A DNA stretch of 64,000 nucleotides from the human T2T-CHM13v2.0 reference genome, Homo sapiens: assembly GCF_009914755.1 (NCBI RefSeq), contig NC_060938.1. One strand, 5' to 3'. Each line of letters opens with the position of its first letter. Positions within the stretch are counted from its first letter, which is position 1. Position numbers and translations under genes: made by a program. Under the pieces are notes generated by a model. The model was not told the DNA's origin and did not search any database. It worked only from the letters and a program-made list of their open reading frames with translations. Shown here in pieces: positions 15,312-29,432 of the stretch.

Positions 15312-17097
15312 GAGGCACACACAATTTTATGTGTTTGTGAAGAAAAGGCAATTGTGGAAACTTTACTTAAAAAGTGTAATGTCAATCTCATGAGTTGAGG
15401 ACAGTTAGGAGACCCTGAAATGACACCTGTGGGCTTGCATTTTATTCTTGGTCACTGCTAAACCATTTTTCACTTCCCTCTGTTTCAGTAACCTAAAAAT
15501 CTAGGGTTCACAAAACAATGAGATTAAGGAAGCCAACTGATAACTATTGTAATAGGATAGGAAATGTTTCCTGATTTGGGAAGGATGGGCAAGGAGGTGG
15601 AGAATGAGCTTCCAAGGCAGTTTTGATTTTCCGGAAAAACTCATCTTAAAACTGATTATCTCCCCAACATGAGACCTACCAACTGACCTGTATCAGCCTA
15701 ACTGCAATGTATCTGTCTAAAGCTGTTAAACACAGCTATTTTCAAAACATTTATCCATTTTCATAAAAGATTTCTTAAAATTCAAGCTAGGTTTTCTTCC
15801 TTTATTTGAAAAGGGAATATGGTAATTTTAGGAATATGATTATATATGCATATGTGGAAGAGAAGCAGAATACTTAAAAGACAAGCATTTCCTCTTTTTA
15901 TTTGAGAGAGAGAAAGAGAGAGAAAGAAACTCCTAGGCAATCAGAGCAGAACATTCCTAACCTTACATTTGATCCACCCGTTGAGCTACTGAATAAATGC
16001 TTAATATGTCAGTGAGCCCACAAGTTTCTTGTCCTGGGCCCTTTAAACTGATATATCTCAATCACCTTTACTGAAATGTTATCCTGAGAAGACCGTAAAC
16101 CCAGGGCTGCTCACCACTGAGTCTTCTTTTATGAAGGTTTCTCAGGAGAACATACAGCTAAAGATCTCTAACATTTTTCCTGAGTAGACCTCTTTTTTCT
16201 CTTCATGAGGATATCATAATAAATGACTCGTTGGTAATTTATCAGAGCTTGTTCCTTCCCCAACCCATTCTCCTTAATGCATTTTTTAAATTTATCCAGT
16301 ATTTGAAATGCAGAAGTCCAGGCTTGGTAGGAACCCAGAAGAGAAGAAGGTGAAAGAACAAAATGACTGTGAAGCTAAGAAATCCAGATTTGGAAGGAGT
16401 AGCATCCTCACAGATGCTCACAGAAGTCCATATGACACTCCTTGCATTGCCTGGGGCTTTATGGAAGAAGCAGGGTCACGCAGGATTAGTCATTGCCCAA
16501 AGAGCGAAGAGCATGGAACTCGCCAATAGCCTGCAAACTCTTTCCTTTTGGCTTTTCTAGCACTTACTACTCTTTTATGACTTTTACTTTACTTAATTTT
16601 CTTATATACCAGGAATATAACCAACCAGGGTAGTTGGGGGCCATTGTGTATTGAGCACTGCCCAACTCAATTCACTTAGCTTGCAATGTGAATGGCTTCT
16701 CTCTTCTAGAGGTGCTCAAGGTGCAACCCACATAATCACACCTGATAGCCATGTTGTCAATGCCCAATCACATTTTAAACACTTGGAGGGCAGAGACTAT
16801 GACATAGAGAAAGATTTGAATAGCTATTCACAGAATTCAGTTGAGCTGAAAAAGTCAGAAGAGGAGACTAGTTTCACTGACTACAAGAAAGAGTGATTTG
16901 GTTTTCTGAGAGTGAAATCTTCCCCCACAAACATGTACTGTTTGGCAACATGTTTTTTTAAGCCTTTAGAATTGTAATGCTTTTTGCTGGGTCATATGTT
17001 CTCAAATTTTGCCTCAAGCCCCATCATTCCCTGTTTTATTATGGTAAGCTTATTCACACATTTATATACCTGCCAGGCTATTGTAGGTATTTTGATA

Positions 17098-17245
17098 TGT
17101 GGCTTGGCCTTTCTGGGCCTCATTTAACCTCTCTAGACTGCAGTTTTCTCAACTGAAAAAATTCCCATCATATCTGCCCTGCCTATATCATGAGACTTTG
17201 TGACGATTCAAAGGAGCAATTCAGGCACAAGCTGTGTAAAGGTTA
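17098..17245 (+). mobile_element. MIR
   Basis: atttaacctctctagactgcagttttctcaactgaaaa...ttgtgacgattcaaa. Confidence 0.7.
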
Positions 17246-17909
17246 CAGAACACAATATAGACTACATTATCATTAAACTACTTGATAGTCTTATGACTAT
17301 TTTTATGGTAATGAAACGTAATCCAATGCAACTTCGTATATGTAAGTAAAACTTCTTAATTCTTGTCTTGTAAAACTGAATCTTCATCCTTTGACTGATC
17401 AACTGACCAGCTTAAACCTTGGAGAATCTTAAACTTCTGAACACATTTTACTTCTCTCTTTATGTTCCCCTGTGGATCTCTTATGAGTATACAGAGATTG
17501 AGAGTCCACCATACAGGTTACCTTTCACTCAAGAGGTTGTGGCATCCTATTCATTGTCAACTACTGGACTTTTTCCTCCCCGTCGTGGAAAATTGGTGTC
17601 ACATTGCCACATGGAGCATCCCTTCTTCACTCTTGACCCTTCCTTCATCAATGGTGGAGCATCCTCCTGAAGCTGGAGAAGAGAAATATAAAGCTATGTG
17701 TTTCAGAATGAAAGGACCAATCACAAGAAACTCTCAAGCCTTAAAATACATTTAGCTTTTGGATATAATACATCACATCTGTATTTGTTAGTAACATATT
17801 AAACAAAATGATAGATAAAATGTAGATTATATAAGAACCTATGTAATTGACATGATTTAGATACTCATTCAAAGATGAGTCATGAAAAAGGTACGGTATT
17901 GTCATTGCA

Positions 17910-18405
17910 CAGTATTTCCTATCCCTGTGACATATGAATACCACCTTCACCGTTTTTGTAGTATTCACTCATCACTTGCACTGTTATTTACTTAATAGTC
18001 TTCTTTAAGTTGATTTATTTTACTTAAATATATTTATTTTGAAAGCAAAATATATAATTCTAAAGTAAATGAAAAGTCGGTATTACTTCTCATAAATAAA
18101 AATAATTGTAAAAATAAAAGCTTTAAGAACAAATTATGTTGTTATATTTTAGCTATGTATTATAGCCTGACAAAAGACAAGAATTAGTCCTCATTTAAAA
18201 AAAATAAAGGAGATTGGCAGATTTTAAAAAGGCTTTTAAAGATATATAAGTGCTTATTTTCTCTCTGAGGAAATAAAGAGCAAAAGAAAACTTAAAAGTT
18301 AATAATTTTGCATAAGTATAATTTGGAATGATTCAGTGTATTTTTTCATTATGACTTCAAATCATTTAATGTATCAAAAACATAGTCATAAACATTGGGG
18401 TCATC
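17910..18405. mobile_element. Old hAT-Charlie DNA transposon relic (Charlie4a-like)
   Basis: Starts cagtatttcc. taccaccttcaccgttttt...ctgttatttacttaata and aaagggagattggcag match a remembered Charlie consensus; subfamily uncertain. Confidence 0.55.
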
Positions 18406-18614
18406 ATCTATTTTGATTGTAGAGATTTTACTTTTATACATAGATGTTTTCAACAATATAACCTAAATTTCTGGGAAGTTATATCTTTTACATTTATTTT
18501 AAAAATCTCTCTCTTCCCTCACTTCTTCATTGAAGTAATAAGGGACTTAACTTCTTTAAACCAAAGTTTCCATTATAGATAATAAAACAACCATCACAAC
18601 AAGAAACTACTAAA

Positions 18615-18813
18615 TGATTATTTATTCAGATCCCAGAAGAAGTGCTTTACACGGATACTCTACTTCAACCCTCACAACTGCTCCATAAAGTAAATGCTAT
18701 TAGAGTAACCGTTTTACAGATGTGAAAAATAAGTCTTAGAGCAATTTCTTAGTTTGCTGTGATCACACAGCTAGCATGTCAGGCAATCTGATCTGGCACC
18801 TGCAATCTTAACC
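18615..18813 (-). mobile_element. MIR
   Basis: gtgctttaca...ccctcacaac...ccgttttacagatgtgaaaa...gatcacacagctag. Confidence 0.75.
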
Positions 18814-19329
18814 TTTCCTGAAATAATCTTATTACTTAAAAAAGTATTACTAATAATGATAAGAGGCTATATTTCATTATTTTTTGAAAAGTATGTTTAT
18901 GGTCTATGTCACAAATTAAGAGTGACAATCAGAAACTCCTGTACCATTGGAAAATGAAATTTTACAATTTGGATTGCTGTTCAGGAAGCAAGGTTAAACA
19001 AATAAACAAAAATAAACAATGACAAAAGCCTTTTAATGACCATTCTGGATTTTTTTTTTCATTTTAAAAATGAATGCTCAATGTTTCTTCCTCCTAGTGT
19101 ATTGCTTTACTTCCTTAACAGAATCCTATTTTATTAAGAAGACTGTGAAGACAAATTTTAGACTGAGGTTCTGAGAGATGTCTTAGAGCCAGAGAAAAAT
19201 GAAAAATTCCAGAAGTCTACAGAATCCAAGTAAAGAAGACTTTGTTTGGAATTGGCAGCAATGACTTCCACTAGTAGCTTACCATGCTAGTGTAATTAAT
19301 CTCACTCCCATTTCTACTTCTTTTTATGG

Positions 19330-19520
19330 CAGAATTTCTTAACCTCAGCACTGCTGACATAGTGGGTCATATACTTCTTCATTGTGAATGGCTGTCCTCT
19401 GCATGGTAGAATGTATAGCAGCATTCTTGGGCTCTATCCACTAAATGCCCAGAGCATCCCCCAAGTTGTGACAATAAAAGGTATTTCCAGACTTTGTAAC
19501 ATTACTCTGGTTAACCACAG
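19330..19520 (-). mobile_element. MER20 (hAT-Charlie MITE)
   Basis: cagaatttcttaacctcagcactgctgacat...ggctgtcctctgcatggtagaatg...agttgtgacaa. Confidence 0.88.
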
Positions 19521-21136
19521 CTAGAGATTACCTCAACTTGTGATACTTTTCTGCTTATTTTGGTGTTAATTGGTATCTGCCATTGTTGCTGGTGGTCATG
19601 TTATTGTTGTTGCTTTGTCCTTTAGTAAAGGTTCCTTCTCTGCTTAGAGACAGGACATGCTTAGAACCCTTTGGGTCTTAATAAAACCTCTTTTAATATT
19701 CAAGGTATAGCAGTGAGATATAAAAATGATTGCATATTGACATATATCTAAATATTTTCACTTTGATTTCAGCATTGAATCAACATCTCTATCAGCTTGT
19801 CTTCCTGGAGAAGGATATTTTTTGGAGGTTCTGGTCAAGCTCAGTGGTTACTGAAGCTGTCGGGAGTCTTATCACCTTGGGGTCACTGTGGAAACCAGAA
19901 AATAAATGGACAAAGCTGGGATTGCTTTTTGGCTAGTATAATATTTCCAGAATCCCTGAGGCTTGCTTTTAAATCAGCATAAGCTGGTTTTGTGTCTCAC
20001 TTTTGTGTTGTACAATTACAGAAAGCAGCAAATACTTATCTTGGCATGTCCTGTCATGACATGAGCCAAAAGCTGTCATCCTCATAGATTCCCTGTCTAA
20101 GGGAATAGTTGCCCTATCAGCATTTGAAAGAAACACTCCTGAAACCTTTTGGAGACTCTAAAGTTATGTACTGTCATTTGATGGATAAGTGACTCAAAAT
20201 TCATATTGATCACATCATTTCAAATTCTTACCTGTTAGACTGGTGAGAGAACTCTAGGTACTTTGTTGGGAAGGATGATGGAGAAGAGAGAAGTGAAAAT
20301 ATGAAGGATTACTTATAACAAAAGACTTGAGAAATATTTTAGGCTTGAGAAGCATTTTATAAGGGAAAGATATTTGTGATGGGGACTAGTAAGTACCACT
20401 TTTCACCTATTGCCATTTGAAAATTGACTGTTTGCATATTGTTTTTTTCTGAAATGCCGCTATGCAGTCAGGGATGAGAAGGGGATTGTGATTGAGTAAA
20501 GATCTTTCTTAGAATCATGTCCTCATTTGTAAATTGTGATTTTCTGTCCATTAAGAAGATAATAATTTCTTTTTCCTGACATGGCCTTGTATTTTTAACT
20601 TCTTGCTCCACCCATACTCAAATGCAGGTTGATTTATTCTCCTTTATGCTAGGTGACTTCCCCCTGTGTATACTCTCTTTCAGAAGTATTTCTTTCTATC
20701 TCCCTAAAATCAAAACCAATGTTCACCTTAGGTTGTGTAGAAAAGTCTCTGCTAAGGCACCTCACACCTTTCTAAATCACATAAGTTATAACTTATTTAT
20801 ATATTTACTTTGAAGTACCATTCCTGAATATCTAATAGTGAGATTAATGAGTTGGTTAATGTGGTATCAATTTAGGGCAGAAATCATTTTGAGGAACTCA
20901 TAAATACCTACTATTATGATGTATGAAGCTTCAGGTTTTTATGGCTGCCACTCAAACAAAGAAATATTATTTGGAAGATGTGATTTGATGTTAGTATTTA
21001 ATCAAATGTACTTATTTCACCTACTTGCTGAATAAGCACCCTTCTTTACTACCATCACTGGTTTTCATATTGAGGTATGTGGATTTATCCTTTATCATTG
21101 CTCACCTTTGAAGATGGTGGCATAATTAAAGAATTA

Positions 21137-22426
21137 CAAGGGGATTTCAGAAAGTTGTAGATAAATTGAACTAAAAGATAAAAATAGAAAAAATTTATTT
21201 CTCAACATAAGCTCCATCGGGTTCAAGACATTTTTGTAAGCTATGATACCAGTGATTTAGTCCATCCTTAAAGAACTGAAGGTCCTGAAAATATAACCAT
21301 ACTAATGCATTCTTTTTGACATTATTACCTGAAGAAAACTGGGTGCCCTTTAAAGAGGTTTTAAGATTAGGAAACAAAGTTAGGAGGAGCAAAATCAGGG
21401 CTGCAAGATGGTTGCCTAATTATTTCCCATCAAAACTCTCACAAAATTGCTCGTGTTTGATGAGAAGAATGAGCAGGAGCACTGTTGTAGTGGATGAGGA
21501 CTCTCTGGTAAAGCTCTCCTCAGTGGTTTTGTGTTTTTGTTTGTGGTTTGCAAAAGCTTTGGCTTTCTCAAAATACTCTCATAATAAGCAGGTGTTATTG
21601 TTCTTTGGCCCTCCATAAAGTCAATGAGCAAAATGTCTTGAACATCCCCCAAAACTGTTGCCATGACCTTTGTTCTTGACTAATCTGCTTTTGCTTTGAT
21701 TTGACCACTTCTACCTCTTGGTAGCCATTGCTTTGATTGTGCTTTGTTTTTAGAATCATAGTGATGAAGCCATGTTTCATCTCCTGTTACAATTTTTCAA
21801 AGACATGCTTCAGGATGTTGATCTCACTTGTTTAAAATTTTCATTTAAAGCTCTGGTCTTGTCTTCAGCTTATCTGAGCACAGTGGTCTTGACACTGATT
21901 GAGTGAAAAGTTTGTTCAACTTTAATTTTTCAGTAAGCATTGTTAGTGAACCAATTGAGGTGTCTATGGCGTTGGCTATTGTTCATGCTGCTAATTGATA
22001 GTCCTCTCCAATTAGGGTACAAAAAGATTATTTTTTTCTTCAGAAATTGAGTGGATGGTCTGCTGCTGTAGGTTTCATTCTCAACATCATTTTGTCCTTT
22101 CCTAAAAATATCCATTTTTAAACTGCTGATTTATTTTGGCCATCGTCCCCACAAACTTTTTGTAAAGCATCAGTGATTTTACCATTCTCTCACCCAAGCT
22201 TCACCATAAATTTCATGTCTGTCCTTGTTTCAATTTTAGCAGAATTTGTATTGCTCTGATAGGAGCACTTTTAAAACAAATGCCTTTTCTCTTACTCCCT
22301 CAAACTAGATCATGTTCAGACATGCTATAACAAGTTAGTACAAGTTTATTTTGCTACAAAGCCAAATAGAAATTTATGCATTTTTTTCTTATATGCGTTT
22401 TCCACGAACTTTTGGAAGACCCCTCA
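21137..22426 (-). mobile_element. Hsmar2 mariner transposon, full length (1290 bp), defective
   Basis: TA at both ends (21135-21136 and 22427-22428). TIRs caaggggatttcagaaagtt / aacttttggaagacccctca. Minus-strand transposase remnants KIVTGDETWLHHYD, KVMATVLGDVQDILLIDFMEGQRTIT, RVLIHYNSAPAH and QPSCSPDFAP, with stops and frameshifts. Confidence 0.93.
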
Positions 22427-24599
22427 TATATCCATCTACATATATGGCCAGTGCTAAATCTCAATGGAAATTGAAGACACAGCATTACTCATTGGAATGA
22501 AATGGCTTGCAGGAAATTCCCAAAGCTGGCTAGAAAGAGTTGAGGTAACCTCTTCCCTCTTCATGGTTCCAGTATCACCCAAAGCTTTTCCTCCTCAGCA
22601 CTAAATCTTTGCTGCAATACTCCTTCTTCAGAGGTGCTTATGAAATGGCCTCATTTCAAAGAATGAAAGTTAGGTTGTAGCAGGAATTTTGAAGCCCAGA
22701 ACTTTAACATAAATAGTTGAAAAGAAGAAAAATAAAAACTCTTTATACAAATTCTTAATCTTAGTTTACTCTGTGTGTTAAATTGTCATTGCCATAATGA
22801 TTTTAGTCCTTTCTCTGACCTGGATTCTCCCACTCCCCAGCTTTTAAATTTAGTCCATTCTATGTAGTGCCTCTTGTAATTTAGCACATTGTAGGTGCCC
22901 CATTAGTTTTGTTGCTTTATTCACCTGCATCCTCACACATCGTGTGATTGTGCTTGCAGAGCACACTGAACTACAACACATTCTCTCACTCTGAAATCTG
23001 TCACCATAAAGCATAAAGCAAAATCCTTCCCTCCTTTACTGAATGGATGGCTGGGTGGATAGCTGTTCTTTGCACATGTTCGTGTTGAGTAGGTGCTGTA
23101 TAAAATCACTTGTTCTTTTTTTAACGTGACTCACGAAAAAATTATCCCAGCTTTCAGTAATCTCAAGGAAAAAAAAACACTTGCCATCTGCAATTTACTG
23201 CTTTTAACCTGAAAAATAGGATCTAAAATGATACTCAGATACTTAAGAGGCTTCACGTGTTGTAGGCAGAAGCTGACAGATGGCACATGGTGGTAGGCTG
23301 TTGCCTCATAAGGAGGGAAGGCAGAAGCAAGTAGACAGTGGTATGGAAAGCTTCTTGGGAAGAGGTCATGACAACGCTTCAACCAGAGATAATTAATTAT
23401 TTGCTATATTCTGTAACTAGCCTGTTTATACAAATAGCTGGTGTGCTCAGTACAACATAGCAGTGAATCTATGGAAAAGGAATCTGTAAATAATAATGCA
23501 AGGGAACTTCTCTTACGTCTATTGCTAAGGGGATTATCATAGCATTCAATTTTAAGCCATGTAACCTGGAATGCTTACTAAATGTGTAATTCTTGTTCTT
23601 CCTCTTCATATAATGCACAGACTTGAATTCCTATATTGAGAGAATAACTTACCTCTTTTAAATAATACCATAATTTGCCTTGAAGGTAGGGAAGAAAGAG
23701 AGTGAAGTGGGGAAAATTTCAAAATTCTGTCTTCCAGGGAGCATATTCCTACTCATCTGTGACATCTAATGTAATAGATTTTGAAGAATTATTTGTAAGA
23801 TAGATACTTGGAGAAGTTTATACTCACTTCCTAATCCCAGACTATAGAAACTTCTGCATTCTAGAATTTCAGAGAATGTGTCTCTGTCAACTGTATTCTG
23901 AAGATAAGATACATTTGACATTTGATTGCTTCAATCAACATTCTCCAATGCAGATCACTAGGCAGAAACATCTTGACACGGCATATATTTGATACACAAT
24001 GATTATTTGCATTGACTTTTAACAAAGTCCCATTTAGAAAGATTGAAAGAAAAGGCAAATGTGATTGGATGTATGCTAAAGCGTGTTCAGTATGTGTTTT
24101 GAAATATCTTTGAAAGTTCCCAGGATGTGGCACGTATCATTCACTTGAAGCTGAAAATCTCTCAGTTGAGCAAAAACAAGTATTTGCTTTGTTCCATGAT
24201 GCACTCCACGTGTGACTAAAATGGCAAAGTGAAGCCTCTAGTTTGTAGATACTTGCTTTGGGAGACAGGGAGCTGTCCGTCGTCCTGAACGGGTCATGCT
24301 TTAATGAGGATAGACACAGGGTGCAAAGGAAAGTGACTGGGATCCCCTGCCTGCACTGACTTTAACAATAAAGATACTGGAATAATGAGATCCCATGGAA
24401 TTTAGCAAAATACGAGTAGAAACAAGTGGTAAAGACAGCCCAGACTGTAGTTCAAAGTCTAAGAACATCTAAGCTGCGGGTTCAGGTATAAAATTAGGGC
24501 CCTGTGGCTTATCTCAAGACAGTAACTTTCAAAGGGGGGTTTGAATAGTCTTTCCAACTGTAGCTACATTACCTGAGGCAATTAGTTTACTTATTTTTT

Positions 24600-25224
24600 G
24601 TTTTTGTTTTTTTTTTGTGGTTAGCTTTTCTTTTTTTTTAATTTATTATTATTATACTTTAAGTTTTAGGGTACATGTGCACAATGTGCAGGTTAGTTAC
24701 ATATGTATACATGTGCCATGCTGGTGCGCTGCACCCACTAACTCGTCATCTAGCATTAGGTATATCTCCCAATGCTATCCCGCCCCCCTCCCCTCACCCC
24801 ACAACAGTCCCCAGAGTGTGATGTTCCCCTTCCTGTGTCCATGTGTTCTCATTGTTCAATTACCACCTGTGAGTGAGAATATGCGGTGTTTGGTTTTTTG
24901 TTCTTGCGATAGTTTACTGAGAATGATGATTTCCAGTTTCATCCATGTCCCTACAAAGGACGTGAACTCATCATTTTTTATGGCTGCATAGTATTCCATG
25001 GTGTATATGTGCATCCATCAAAAAGTGGGCGAAGGACATGAACAGACACTTCTCAAAAGAAGACATTTATGCAGCCAAAAAACACATGAAAAAATGCTCA
25101 CCATCACTGGCCATCAGAGAAATGCAAGTCAAAACCACAATGAGATACCATCTCACACCAGTTAGAATGGCAATCATTAAAAAGTCAGGAAACAACAGGT
25201 GCTGGAGAAGATGTGGAGAAATAG
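24600..25224 (-). mobile_element. L1PA2-type LINE-1, 5'-truncated with twin-priming inversion
   Basis: Antisense 3' end 24641-25012 carries the GAG diagnostic tgctagatgacgagttagtgggtgcagcgc. Inverted ORF2 piece 25015-25224. 17-bp TSD tagtttacttatttttt at 24583-24599 and 25222-25238, followed by aa (TTTT/AA endonuclease site). Confidence 0.96.
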
Positions 25225-25319
25225 TTTACTTATTTTTTAAGGCAAGCAAGGTGGGCCTGATTGTTACATGAATTACCAAATCTAATGACAAAGCCAGGTG
25301 CCCTGGTACTGAGGCTGTG

Positions 25320-25507
25320 TCTCCTCTACTCCCCATTTCCTCCCCTTTCCATCACTATTTTCTCCACCCTGCCTATCCTCATTTCTCTTTGCTCCTCCTC
25401 TTTTTCCTTCTACTCTCTTCTATCCTCCCATTCTTTTATTTCTCCTCTCTTACATCCCTTCCACTCCCTTTCCTTCTCTTCCTTTTTTTCTTCTCTCTGT
25501 CTCTCTG
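25320..25507. repeat. CT-rich low-complexity tract
   Basis: Polypyrimidine stretch. Confidence 0.85.
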
Positions 25508-27434
25508 CATGTGTCTGAATTAACTCTTGAGTCAGCATTTAAATTTGGTAATTGAATGTTATGGGTCTTTATGGGCTTCACTTTGGGAGAACTGCTTTTC
25601 AAACAGAGAACCTGATAAGTGGTGGACCTTAGGGTTACTTTGACATGTTTACAAAAATAAACTTATCAGTAGTTTTAGAGACTGCCATTGGAGCAATTAT
25701 AGTCTATGCTCACAGAGGCTTGGTAGGCTTACCACAATCCAACCTCACTCTCCCATCATTGATTCTCTGCTCTGTGAAACAAGTACTGTACTCTTCTTCA
25801 AGCCCAGGTGAATAAGGCTTTTCTAGGAAATTCTTTGGGATTATAATAAAATAATTCCTTCTATGAGAAAGGAGAAAATGGTGGCTTTTGGTCTTAAGTA
25901 GATTATTTACCATCTCTCTCAAGAGAGATAAACCATAATTCTTAACAAAACCATATTCTAATGAAGTCATTGGTCACAGTGTCTTCTATCCCAAGAGAGA
26001 TGCAAATTACTAAATTCCTGTCCTGGTACAAATATAAGAAATCCAGTCATGGCCTGACAAGTTTGAATTCCTTCTTGTCCTTGATATACTCTGTTTACCC
26101 CCATTGTAATTTATCTCTTCCTTATTCCTCCATATTATTTAATTTAGTAAGCAAATGTCCCCTGGTATAAGCTGTGTGAATATTATAACTGAATTACTGT
26201 CTGTTTGCTTAACTCATTACAGAAAACTATGATAAGGTTTTTAATTACAAAATTAGCCCTGCCAAATGAATTTCTTTCATTCAATGAACTGCAAAAGGTG
26301 GTACAGTGAGGATAAAAATCATGTCCTTTCCCATGTTATTTATAGTACTTTTTTCTAAAAATAATTGTTATAATAAAAAATAATGCCAACAACAACAACA
26401 ATAATATTTTCTTCCTCGTCTGTTTTTGTGTGATTCCTTTAAACTGTTAATTCATGCTGAACTTGTTCAACCAAGATTCCATAAAGTAATCCTCTTCAAC
26501 CTACATTTTATTCTCAGCCTTGTCTTGAACATCTTACTCTGACCTCACTAGCTCTTCACTTACCAATTTGTTTCTCATCTTCTCCTTAATAACCTTATGA
26601 ATAAGTTTTCTATGTAGTCCCTTGTATTGCTCTTTAGACCTGTCACTTATCACTTCTTCTTCTTAGGATACTCTTCTCCACTGTAATTCTTATGTCTACT
26701 CTAACTATATATCTTTGAATTCTTTAGCATACATAAACATATCTGATAAAGCAGGATCAAGCACAAAGATGCTGTATCTTGCCTGCATCCAACAGACTGG
26801 GATTATTCTGAGCTCTCAAGCAAAACATGGTTAAATCCTGACAACAAAATGAAGTGACATTTATGCTTACATATATCCTTCCTTGTTTTCTGCATTTTCA
26901 TTTGAAAAGTAAACATCTAGTCCATTTTGTTTATGTGTCTAATAATCATTTTATTTTACTTTAATTTCTTTGGTAAAAGCTATGGACTATGGCCATTGCA
27001 GAATTATCATAATTTCCATGGAGAAACTTCTGACATATTTTACCAAATATTTTTGAAATGCTACACTCACAGTTAAACCTAGAGAGGATTAATTTGGGAA
27101 AAGGGACTACTTTATGAAAATGTGGGAAATTATTTCTATTCTTTCCCTTTTGTCATGCCTATTTCCCTAAAATTAGATTATTTATACTATACAAGTAATT
27201 AAACTTATTTCAAAATCTAAAGTTAAGAGAAATTAACAGGTCATTGCTCAGAAAAATGCATAGTAATTGTGAGTTTTCTAAGACTGTCACAACATTTGAC
27301 CAACAGTCTCCTTACTGAAATTTTATGGTTTCTTTCTCTAGACAAGGCCACATGCATATGAAAGCAGACTTAAAATATTTTTACCTATAGCTGGAAAATC
27401 AAATCATAAATGGCAAACTATGTATTACTTATGT

Positions 27435-27467
27435 TATAATTTTGGAGCTATAATTTTGGAGCTATAA
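27435..27467. repeat. 14-bp tandem duplication
   Basis: tataattttggagc x2 followed by tataa. Confidence 0.9.
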
Positions 27468-29234
27468 ATCCAGGATATCAGACTTTTTTCCCACTAATAT
27501 TGTAGTATTAATAAAAAATTCTCTTAATGTGTTTGCAACTAAATTGGCATTAATTTAATGAATTCTTTCTTTGAACATTCCTCATTTTTAGCCAGCGGTT
27601 GGTGGTTGAGTTGCAAATGGTTATTGCCTAGTAAGAGATGGCCTATGAAGAATAATCTATTTCACTGGATCCCTTGGTTAGGAATGTAGCATATGCTTGC
27701 CCAGGTCCACTTCTAAGGACCAGGTCTGTTTCTCCTTGCTACTGCCTGAAATAGCATAATAATTAATTCAAAAGTTGGCTGCTTTTCACTAGAAGTCTTT
27801 AGGACATTGTAAGACAATTAAGTCTGTAGAAGAATGAGAAGGAATCTTTTATTTGAGGTCTAGAGGTGTCATAACTGTGAATCACAAAGTTGTGGCACAG
27901 TGCATTCACCTCAGAAAATTTTCTTCATGAAATTAAAGTTTCATTTTGTCTTAAAGAAAAGGTTCCACTCTCATGCGATTTTGTGTGTTCTCATCAAAGC
28001 AAGAATCTAACTTCCTGATCTGGTTACTGGGAATCTATGCAGACACACACAATCCAACCTCTGGGGCCTGTTTTGCAAACAGTCTTTATGTCATGATTTA
28101 GAATACTGCATAAGAAATTTCTCCTTGAAGAGAGATGACTGCTTTTGACAGTTGGCTTTTCCCAGTGCAGTCATTAGACTGCACATGACTGATGTGTGTG
28201 CATGGACAGGGAGGGGTCTTCATTCCCTGGAACTATAATGTCAGGTTTCATATTGTCTGAGATCAGCATCTCTTCAGAAACAACCATGTACTCCTTTCTC
28301 CCCAAACCACCTTCCCTCCTGACCATAACTGGTTATATAATCTTGCATCTTCTATTACCCTGACTGCTGATCCGTGCCTGATGGCTATGCCAGGTCTCAC
28401 AACACCACGAGCTTTTGATTGCTGCACTCTAAGCTGCTTAATAAGACAATTAAAAATGATTTACAAATGGCCATCACAATGCAACTGGGGATCAGGAAGA
28501 GAATGTTCTATTTGCTCCAATATTAAAAACGCATGCCCTTCTACAGTTCATTCTGCAGCTGCCTTTGATTTCAGTACTGGTTTACTCCCTTTTTAGAAAT
28601 TATTTTTTTGATGAATATCATGTTAAAATAGTTCCTCCTAAATAATGTATAGCTGGAAATAATTCAAGGGATGTGTTACACATGCTAGGTGGTCTGAAAT
28701 CTTCTTCCCTTTGGTGGGGTAAACACTGCCTAGAATTCTGGAGTAGTTAAAAAGTAGTACAAATGATCTTTCATCATGCCGGCTCCTTCTCAGTTTGAGG
28801 GTCAAACCTAATTTAATCACTGACACATCCATCTTGAGCATTTCCTCTTTCCTCCTATTGTTGCATTGATTAAAATGGGCAAATCTCCCAAAGATTCCAT
28901 TGTGAGTCACACAAACGTTCATCTATAAAAAGTGGAAATTTATCAGAAATGATGACCTTGATATTTTGAATGTAATAACTGAGAAATTCAAGTAGAATCT
29001 CATCTAGTATGTGTTGAAAATGCTCATTTTTTGTTTAATTTTGTTTAGTTTTTTTTTCTTGTCCAGAGGAATGAAAATTGATATTGGCCCAAATATTAAG
29101 AAGATTCTCTATTTTTAGTGCTGAGACCCAAGGATTAGTAAGATGGGCATTGGCAGGGTTACCATAACTTTTCTTAGGAAGGATGTGTGGAATAGATTTT
29201 TTAAAAAGAACCATCTTTGAAGCCAGATATCCCT

Positions 29235-29432
29235 GTATTTTATTCTTGCCTTTGTTACTTAGTAAAGTGTAGGACTTTGAGCAAGATGCTACATCTATCT
29301 GAGATTCCATTTTCTCATCTGTAAAGTGAATACACTAATCTTAACATTCAGATTTGCTATGAGAATTGCATATGGTTATCTTTGTAAATAAAGTGCCTGG
29401 CACACAGTAGGTGCTCAGAAAACATTGATTTC
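29235..29432 (+). mobile_element. MIR
   Basis: actttgagcaag...ttttctcatctgtaaagtga...aaagtgcctggcacacagtaggtgctcag. Confidence 0.85.

Noticed and set aside
21416-21664. Mariner transposase ORF as a SETMAR-like gene
   Set aside because: It is a fragment of a decayed Hsmar2 with stops and frameshifts. SETMAR derives from Hsmar1 and no SET domain is present.
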